From an uncultured Verrucomicrobiae bacterium (lineage in GTDB: Bacteria > Chlamydiota > Chlamydiia > Chlamydiales > Rhabdochlamydiaceae): a stretch of 64,000 nt of DNA. The DNA lies in NCBI GenBank assembly GCA_963806855.1, contig CAWDYW010000003.1, positions 320,001-384,000 on the forward strand, read 5' to 3'. Made by a program: the position numbers and the translations under genes. Positions 57,292-64,000 of the stretch are shown here, one piece after another (positions within the stretch are counted from its first letter, which is position 1; each line of letters opens with the position of its first letter). The notes beneath the pieces are model-generated. The model worked only from the letters and a program-made list of their open reading frames with translations, was not told where the DNA came from and did not search any database.

Positions 57292-60255
57292 TTATCTCCA
57301 GGCAACAAATGTGCCGTGAGACTGGAGCTCTTCTTTGGAGATAATTTCGTAGCGGAAGTCTTTCTCCTTGGGTGTCATCCCTTCGCAGAGGATCGCAATT
57401 CGGCGTGTATTCTTTCGCGACAGGGTCTCTTCGGCCTCTTTGCGCATCTGCTCATAGGTCAGTTTTTCCAGTGAAGCGATCCGCTTGTTGATCAGCTGGA
57501 AATCGCCCTCATGGTCAAAGCCGAGGAGGAAGAGGCGTCCCCCCATCAAGGTGATGTTTTCAGGTGGCATTTGCAGCGTGGCAATCGCCATTTTACGCAC
57601 TTTTTCGAAGCGTCCGATCGGGAATTCGGTGGTGAATTGTTTGATGAAGTTTTCGAGGAAGAGCTCGAAGCGGGCAATCAGATCGCCAGGTTGGTGGGTG
57701 CTCGATTGCACTGCAAAGTATTGGAGCAACTGTTTCTCTTCTTCTTTATCCCAAGCTTTGGCGATATAGGCGGTCTGTTGCTTGGTGCGCAAGGTCTCGA
57801 AGAATCCATCCTTGAGGACGCCGCCGATGATTTGTTGGGCGGCCCGTTTGTCATAGGAGTAGGGGCCTTGTTCGACCACTAAGAGGGCAGCGTTGCCGAG
57901 CATGGAGGTCGATTGGGTCAGCATGAAGGGGCCTTGTCCCTCTTTGAGGACGAGGATCTGTCGCTTATGTTGATCTTCAACTGGATATCCCTCAGCATTC
58001 AATTTCTGCTTGAGCGATGCCCAGAGCGTCTCGGCCTCTTTCCGGGTGAGGTTGCCGTAGAGAAGCCCTTCGGTGTAGGCTTTTTTGAAAAGGTCGGAGC
58101 AAAATTCTTGGAAATCTTCATAGCTGATTGTTTTGACTGCTTTGACCTTGTCGTAAGAGGTAGGGCAATCGTTGAAGATAATGCTATTGAGGAATTCAAA
58201 GGACTGGAGCAAGGGCAGCTCTTTGGACATATTTTCGTAAGCTGCGAGATTCGATTGCTTGTAGAGTTCAAACTGATCGCGACTTGGGTGCACTTTGGGC
58301 AGGGCGGCGAAAATCTCTTCGACGAGTTTGCTCGATTGGTCACTAAAACCGTTGATTGCGATGGCGACCGAGCCAAAATCTTGGCGGAGGCTGATGTGGA
58401 ATCCGGCAGTTTCGGCAGCGCTAGTGATTGAGAAAATTTGGTCGTCGAGAGCTTTGAGGTAGAGGTCGCAGAGGGCTTTTGCTCGCGCGCTTCCATCAAG
58501 TAGAGGGGATTTGACGCGGAAGAGATGGGAGATTTCGGGCGCAAGGTATTGTTTATCGTCTGCGAAGTAGATTTTCCCTTGGGAGTTATTTTGGATGAGG
58601 GTCGGGATGATCGGCTCTTCGGAGGGAAGGTTGTTGATTAGGGTCAAATTTTTTGGAATGAATTGGTTAGCGGGGGGAAGCCCGATTTGAGGATTGAGGT
58701 TGGTATCGCTCCAGGCGAGCAGTTGCTTTTGGGCAACGGGGACGATTGAATACTCCGCTTTCATCCATTTTTCTTCTCGATTAGGAATGACGTTTGTTTT
58801 GGAGGGATCGGCGATGCAGAAGAAGATGCAATTTTCGGGGGTCAAATAATCGATATAGGTGGAGATCAATTCAGGTTCATATTTGGTGGGGATGAGGGTT
58901 TTTCTTGGGAAAGTCTCAAGGTCTTCATCGACCAGCGCGTGGGCCTTTTCTAGGACAAATTGATAGGCATCTTGGCGTGTTTGATATTGGTAGTCGATTT
59001 CGGCAATTTTTTGCACTTCGTTGAAGATATAGCGGGGGACGCCGGTTTTTTTCAGGCGGGCCAAGGCTTCAAAGCAATAATTCACCACAGTATTGATCTG
59101 CTGAATTCCTTTGTCGGAGAGCTCGATGTCGATACTGAAGAGTTTATTGATTTTGCTCAAAGGCTCTTCAGAAACTTTGATCGATTCGGCCAAGTGTTCC
59201 CGCTTGAGGAGCGCGAGGAGACCGTTTTTGTTGCCGGCGCTCAATATATAGCTGAGTAACTCTCCAACTTGGACCTCTTTGTCCTCAGATAGGTTGGGGG
59301 GAAGTTCCCATGTGAGGGAAAGGACTTTTAACCCTTTTACCGGTTTGATATAGATCATGTGCCCCCGCTGTTTTTCAGAGGTCATAGGAGCAAGTGATAG
59401 GTCTTGCGGCTGGGCACTAGCACTAATCTCAGAAAAGTCTTTCACTGTGGCTTCAATCAGCTCGTCGATTGGGAGCGAGGAAAGGACGACGAGGTTCATC
59501 TTATCGGCGCTATAGTGCTCTTTATACCACGCCTTCATTGCGCTTTGAGGGATGCCGCGGAGAGTATCGGCGTTACCTGTTGAAAATTTGGCATTAGGGT
59601 GATGCGGGTTACCAGTCTCTTTCAGAATCATGTACTGGCGCCAGCCATCATTTTCTATATTTTTTGCATGTTCTTGGTCGACCGCGAGCAGCTCCCTCTC
59701 AATGCAATGGGGATTGAAAAGGGGATCGATAAAGAAGTGGGCAAAGCGGTTTAAGGCTCCATCGAAACCGTCATTATTGATCGAAAACATATAGACGGTA
59801 CGATCGGATGCGGTATAGGCGTTGACCTTCCCCCCATGATCGTTGATATACTGCATGTACTCAAATTCTTGAGGGTAGGCCTTTGTCCCCATGAAGAGCA
59901 TGTGTTCAAGAAAATGGGCCATGCCCGGATATTCTAGCGGATCATTCCAGGAGCCGGCTTCTACAGCGAGTGCTGCGGCAGATTGGTCCACTTCTGGATC
60001 AGAGATCAGGTAGGCTTCTAGTCCATTCGCGAGGCGGATTTTTGCAGTTTTTCTCTCGGAGAGACTCGGGCTGTGGATTTCTAGTGCCGACTGATCGGGG
60101 ATCAGTTCATAGAGGGAAGGGGCATCTGCGAAAGCAAGCGTTGAGGTAAATAAGCCAATTTTCAACGCAAAGACGCAAAGGCGCAAAGGCGCAGAAATTT
60201 TTTTTTGTTGCGCCTTTGCGCCTTCGTATCTTTGCGTTGAAAAATTGTTTAACAT
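57292..60255 (-). CDS. ptr: Insulinase/pitrilysin-family (M16) metalloprotease
   Basis: HFLEH (HxxEH), NAYTA and ETLRTKQQTAY; start overlaps the upstream stop codon (TAATG). Confidence 0.92.
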   Translation of the reverse strand: MLNNFSTQRYEGAKAQQKKISAPLRLCVFALKIGLFTSTLAFADAPSLYELIPDQSALEIHSPSLSERKTAKIRLANGLEAYLISDPEVDQSAAALAVEAGSWNDPLEYPGMAHFLEHMLFMGTKAYPQEFEYMQYINDHGGKVNAYTASDRTVYMFSINNDGFDGALNRFAHFFIDPLFNPHCIERELLAVDQEHAKNIENDGWRQYMILKETGNPHHPNAKFSTGNADTLRGIPQSAMKAWYKEHYSADKMNLVVLSSLPIDELIEATVKDFSEISASAQPQDLSLAPMTSEKQRGHMIYIKPVKGLKVLSLTWELPPNLSEDKEVQVGELLSYILSAGNKNGLLALLKREHLAESIKVSEEPLSKINKLFSIDIELSDKGIQQINTVVNYCFEALARLKKTGVPRYIFNEVQKIAEIDYQYQTRQDAYQFVLEKAHALVDEDLETFPRKTLIPTKYEPELISTYIDYLTPENCIFFCIADPSKTNVIPNREEKWMKAEYSIVPVAQKQLLAWSDTNLNPQIGLPPANQFIPKNLTLINNLPSEEPIIPTLIQNNSQGKIYFADDKQYLAPEISHLFRVKSPLLDGSARAKALCDLYLKALDDQIFSITSAAETAGFHISLRQDFGSVAIAINGFSDQSSKLVEEIFAALPKVHPSRDQFELYKQSNLAAYENMSKELPLLQSFEFLNSIIFNDCPTSYDKVKAVKTISYEDFQEFCSDLFKKAYTEGLLYGNLTRKEAETLWASLKQKLNAEGYPVEDQHKRQILVLKEGQGPFMLTQSTSMLGNAALLVVEQGPYSYDKRAAQQIIGGVLKDGFFETLRTKQQTAYIAKAWDKEEEKQLLQYFAVQSSTHQPGDLIARFELFLENFIKQFTTEFPIGRFEKVRKMAIATLQMPPENITLMGGRLFLLGFDHEGDFQLINKRIASLEKLTYEQMRKEAEETLSRKNTRRIAILCEGMTPKEKDFRYEIISKEELQSHGTFVAWR
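60157..60246. repeat. Family F palindrome, copy 3, inside the ptr coding sequence
   Basis: AATTTTCAACGCAAAGACGCAAAGGCGCAAAGGCGC...GCGCCTTTGCGCCTTCGTATCTTTGCGTTGAAAAATT. Confidence 0.85.
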
Positions 60256-61301
60256 TATTTTTCTCCTTGGAACTTATTGTAGTCATCGTAGACTAATTGC
60301 CAAATATAATCTGCGCGTGATTTTCTGCGAATATCCTTATCTGGATTATCTGATCCAGGAAAATGCTCCATGTCAATCGCTGGGCCAATTGCCATGTGGA
60401 TTCCTACTCTTTTTAAAGCGCGGTGCTCCCCCAGTTCAATCTGGACTTTTTCTGGTGGCGGGAGCAATTCGTAAGTTCCGAGTGCCATCGGGTAGAAGAA
60501 GGTGGGGGTCTTTGATTTTTTTGCCATGAGATAAAACATCTCGATGCTCTTCGGATCGAAAGGAGCGATCTCGATTTCCCCTTGAGCATTGCGTCGATCT
60601 CTTCCACCGCTTGGTGCAACGTAGATGCATTTGCCCCCTTCACCCAGAAGATCGCTCATCAAACTCATCGATTTTTTATTATGGAGTTGCTTTTGATGTT
60701 TGAGCTCAGGAGGGTGGTCGATATACCGTTTGGAATAAATGCAGATCAGATCGCACCCCATGCTAAAGGGGACGGCGAGAGTGTCGTTGACAACTCTTTC
60801 CCCTGCTACAAAGATCATCTTTTCACACAAGTAGGGGAACTCATGTTGGAGCAAAACGCCGATGGCCTGAGGGTCGGCCTCAGTTTGGTGATTAGCGAGA
60901 AAGATCACATTGTGGTTTTGCTTTAGGTGGTTCTCGATCTCTTTCAGCCGCTCTTTTCCTAGGATGCTGGAGCTCTTCTTATCGATAATTGGATCGAAAA
61001 AATGGATCCCAAATTTGTAATAATCGAATGGATCACGGACTTTTTTATGGTAGAGTGGAAACTGGTAGGGATCTTTAGCTTGCTTTAAGACCTCTTCTAG
61101 AAAGGTAAAAAACATCTGCTCGACTGATTCTTTTAAATGAATCTCTTCGCCCAGAGATTCAAGATAAGTGACGTAAAAAGACTTGATGCCACCTACCTGC
61201 ATTTCGGTAAGAAGATGTTGCTGCTTACAGGAGGCGAGGGTTTCTAAAAAATTACGTTTCGAGTTTTTGACCATTGATTGTCGAGTAGAATTCGAATTCA
61301 T
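60255..61301 (-). CDS. plsB: Glycerol-3-phosphate O-acyltransferase, plastid/chlamydial type
   Basis: PFDYYKFG, NHQTEADP (HX4D), PFSMG and YVAPSGGRDR; start may be 61274. Confidence 0.88.
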   Translation of the reverse strand: MNSNSTRQSMVKNSKRNFLETLASCKQQHLLTEMQVGGIKSFYVTYLESLGEEIHLKESVEQMFFTFLEEVLKQAKDPYQFPLYHKKVRDPFDYYKFGIHFFDPIIDKKSSSILGKERLKEIENHLKQNHNVIFLANHQTEADPQAIGVLLQHEFPYLCEKMIFVAGERVVNDTLAVPFSMGCDLICIYSKRYIDHPPELKHQKQLHNKKSMSLMSDLLGEGGKCIYVAPSGGRDRRNAQGEIEIAPFDPKSIEMFYLMAKKSKTPTFFYPMALGTYELLPPPEKVQIELGEHRALKRVGIHMAIGPAIDMEHFPGSDNPDKDIRRKSRADYIWQLVYDDYNKFQGEK

Positions 61302-62784
61302 TTAGATGCAGAGAATCCTCCGTATCGAAAGAGAGTTGGGCATTGAGCTCTTCAGCCACTCTGGCGAGATAATCTTTATCGCCATCTTTGAGATAATGAT
61401 CCAAGTTGGGATGGCAAACCAATTTCAAACCATATTGTTGCTTAAGATTGATCAATTTTTTGAGAGCCCGCTCAATATCGATTGAGGTGCTTTCAAATGT
61501 CCGAATTTGGCCAGAACCGCTGCAGTAAGGGCAACTGGTATTCATCGTCTGTGAGAGCGATTCTCGGTTCCTCTGCCTGGTCATTTCAACTAGGCCAAAT
61601 TCACTCATTCCTAAAATGGTACACTTGGCATGGTCATCTTTCATCGCCTCTTTGAGATGGTCGAGGACTCTTCTCTGATTTTTTCGCGAACGCATATCGA
61701 TGAAATCACAAATGACCAGACCGCCGATATTGCGGATGCGCAGTTGCCTACCGATTTCCTCAGCCGCTTCTAAATTGATTCGGACCAGCGACTCCTCTAA
61801 ATCTCCTGCTCCTTGTCCTGAGCTTCGTCCAGAGTTGACGTCGATTGTATACATTGCCTCGGTTCGATCGAAAAACAGATAGCCTCCGGATGAGAGCCAA
61901 ATTTTACGCCTTAGAGATTTGTCGATTTCCCGCTCAACGTTAAAACGCTCAAACATCGGAGTCGTGTCACGGTAATATTCGATCTTTAGTGGGTGCTCAC
62001 CGCTGTACTTTTGATACATTTTTTTAAGCGTCGTCGCGATGTTGTGGTCATCGATAAGAATCCGGTCATGTTTTTTATCGACCGCAGTCATCAGACAACG
62101 TTTCATCAGGTCCGATTCTTCATAGAGACAAGTCGGTTTGGATGTCTTTTGGAAATCGTCTACGATCTGCTTCCAAGTGTTCAGAAGGTCGTGCGCTTCA
62201 TCGATAAGCATCTCGGGTGTCGCATTTACGGAAGAAGTGCGGCAGATCAGGCCCATGTCGGAGGGCATCTCAAAAGCGCGGATCAATTTTTTCAGCCGGT
62301 CGCGCGATGCAGAGTCTTCAATCTTGCGGGAAACTCCCCGATGAGGAGTATTGGGCAATAGAACGAGGTAACGGCCTGCAATCGAGAGATTTGAGGTCAA
62401 TCGAGCACCTTTTGTCCCAATTGGTTCTTTCACTACCTGTACGAGCACAGATTGATCGGGCTTTAAAATTTTAGTGATATCGGTTTCGGAGTTTTTTTTC
62501 TTTGAGGACTCTTCTCCCGTTTCAAAATCCATTTCAAACATTTCTTGGAATTTCTGGGTATTTTCCAAGATATCGGAGATATGGATGAAGCCATTTTCTG
62601 ATTCGTCGATATCGATAAAGGCCGATTGGATGTTGTGTAGGATATTGGTGACCCTTCCGCGATAGATATTGCCGGTGATTTGACGGGTTTTCTTCCGTTC
62701 GACGATGAGGTCGTAGAGCAGTCCCTCTTTCAGGAAGGCACAGCGCACCTCTTTTGATTCAACATTTATAAGAATTTCTTTCAT
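61252..62784 (-). CDS. Rne/Rng family ribonuclease
   Basis: GNIYRGRV, KEPIGTKGARL, IDVNSG, IGGLVICDFIDM and CPYC. Confidence 0.95.
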   Translation of the reverse strand: MKEILINVESKEVRCAFLKEGLLYDLIVERKKTRQITGNIYRGRVTNILHNIQSAFIDIDESENGFIHISDILENTQKFQEMFEMDFETGEESSKKKNSETDITKILKPDQSVLVQVVKEPIGTKGARLTSNLSIAGRYLVLLPNTPHRGVSRKIEDSASRDRLKKLIRAFEMPSDMGLICRTSSVNATPEMLIDEAHDLLNTWKQIVDDFQKTSKPTCLYEESDLMKRCLMTAVDKKHDRILIDDHNIATTLKKMYQKYSGEHPLKIEYYRDTTPMFERFNVEREIDKSLRRKIWLSSGGYLFFDRTEAMYTIDVNSGRSSGQGAGDLEESLVRINLEAAEEIGRQLRIRNIGGLVICDFIDMRSRKNQRRVLDHLKEAMKDDHAKCTILGMSEFGLVEMTRQRNRESLSQTMNTSCPYCSGSGQIRTFESTSIDIERALKKLINLKQQYGLKLVCHPNLDHYLKDGDKDYLARVAEELNAQLSFDTEDSLHLNEFEFYSTINGQKLET

Positions 62785-62846
62785 AGGATTTCGTGGTTCT
62801 TTAAGTCCCAAGGGTACCAAAAATTGGATTACAATGAAAGAGAGAA

Positions 62847-62963
62847 TCAACGCAAAGAAAAGAGATTTTTTTTCTGCGGCTTTGCGTCTTTGCGCCTTTG
62901 CGTTCTTTTTGATTCACCTTTTTCAACGCGAAAACGCAAAAAAATAATTTGTTTATTGCGTCA
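62847..62963. repeat. Degenerate or tandem family F palindromes (copy 4)
   Basis: TCAACGCAAAG...CTTTGCGTCTTTGCGCCTTTGCGTT and TTTTCAACGCGAAAACGCAAA...TTGCGT. Confidence 0.7.
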
Positions 62964-63977
62964 AGTTTGTTTTTTGAGCTCAGATTTGATTTTTTCTAGA
63001 AAGAAATGGCGGACCAGATGGCTAGCCCCTTTTATGCTATTGATGAAGGCTTCAGGTGTCGATTCTCCATGGCACTTGATGACGATCCCTTCCACTCCGC
63101 AGAGGATGGCCCCCGGGTATTCGGCATAATGAAGGCGATGCCGCAGCGGGTTGATCATATTTTTGAGCTGTGGAAAAATTTCTGCCAATTTGACCTTCTC
63201 GAGTTGATCAAGGATGAAGCCGGCGATGCCCTCAGCGGTCTTCAAAAAAACATTACCGGTAAAGCCATCGGTGATCAAGACGTCGATATTGCCGTGGAAG
63301 ACATTTCTCCCTTCGATATTGCCAATAAAAATTGGGGCATCAAAAGGGGCATCGCGGTTGAGCGTTTCCAAAATTTCATAGGCTTTTCTCAGCTCAGGCG
63401 TCCCTTTTTGCTTCTCTTCGCCAATATTGAGCAGCCCAACTGTCGGGTGCTTGATTCCTCTGGTTTTCTGATAGGCGATTCCCATTTGGGCAAATTGGAG
63501 GAGGTTTTCTGCCTTTACATTGACATTCGCCCCTACATCGAGGACCGCTACAGGTTCGAGCTTGGTGGGGATCAAGGTCATTAGGGCTGGCCGATCGATC
63601 CCCGGCAGCAGGGGGAGAGACAAGGTCGCGGATGCGAGGAGAGCGCCGGTGTTGCCAGCGGAGATAAAGGCGTCGATTTCAAACTCTTTAAGTTGCTTTA
63701 TCCCAATTAGGATGGAAGAGTCTTTTTTTTTCCTTATCGCTGCGAGGGGATCCTCATCCATCGTGATCATCTCTGTGACGACTTGGCAGTTAAAATCAGC
63801 GGGAATTTTTGCCTTCGAAAAGACCTCTTCAGTGGCAAAAAGGGTGAACTTGGGAGGATGCGATCCTTCCAATGGAAGATCAATAAGAGCTTTAAGGAGC
63901 TCCTCGGGTGGGGTATCGCATCCTAAAAGATCGATCCCTATCCGAGGGCGCTGAAGATCGTCACTCTGCTTTTGCAT
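62961..63977 (-). CDS. plsX: Phosphate acyltransferase PlsX
   Basis: IGIDLLGCD, SAGNTGA, LDVGAN, LLNIGEE, TDGFTGN and KCHG. Confidence 0.95.
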   Translation of the reverse strand: MQKQSDDLQRPRIGIDLLGCDTPPEELLKALIDLPLEGSHPPKFTLFATEEVFSKAKIPADFNCQVVTEMITMDEDPLAAIRKKKDSSILIGIKQLKEFEIDAFISAGNTGALLASATLSLPLLPGIDRPALMTLIPTKLEPVAVLDVGANVNVKAENLLQFAQMGIAYQKTRGIKHPTVGLLNIGEEKQKGTPELRKAYEILETLNRDAPFDAPIFIGNIEGRNVFHGNIDVLITDGFTGNVFLKTAEGIAGFILDQLEKVKLAEIFPQLKNMINPLRHRLHYAEYPGAILCGVEGIVIKCHGESTPEAFINSIKGASHLVRHFFLEKIKSELKKQT

Positions 63978-64000
63978 GAATCACGGCACGTCCAGAATAA
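63961..64000 (-). CDS. rpmF: Probable 3' end of 50S ribosomal protein L32
   Basis: Minus-strand ...YSGRAVIHAKAE* immediately upstream of plsX, matching the conserved rpmF-plsX order; only 12 codons visible. Confidence 0.55.
   Translation of the reverse strand, partial: YSGRAVIHAKAE

Noticed and set aside
49556..62963. Family F repeats as a CRISPR array
   Set aside because: The copies are dispersed, have no repeat-spacer periodicity and no cas genes are present

Overview
This window is chromosomal DNA from an environmental chlamydia (phylum Chlamydiota). The assignment is inferred from a stand-alone SWIB protein, a plastid-type G3P acyltransferase, a UGP3-like uridylyltransferase and the plsX-rne-plsB-ptr gene order. 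Housekeeping genes include murJ, rpsD, trhO, pheT, yidD, rhlE, hpf, truA, ispD, prfB (with its programmed +1 frameshift), a YebC-family gene, ptr, rne/rng, plsX and three tRNAs. The most unusual locus (731-6495) pairs an orphan OppA lipoprotein divergently with a 1150-aa signal-peptide-less protein (a long, possibly ACT-like N-terminus fused to an OppA domain), followed by a small SH2-like protein. Other accessory content: an RHS toxin with a hydrolase-like tip and two paralogous lipoproteins, an F-box/ankyrin protein, and an intact IS605 (tnpA+tnpB) inserted precisely into a Bro-N gene within AT-rich cargo next to tRNA-Leu. At least five families of palindromic miniature elements occur; two copies lie in frame inside proteins, and there is an 802-bp cruciform-like inverted repeat. 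recO, rlmN, one MAF-family gene, the UGP gene and a SnoaL-LuxR gene carry frameshifts that may be sequencing indels rather than real decay. All calls come from reading the sequence by eye; no database searches were run.
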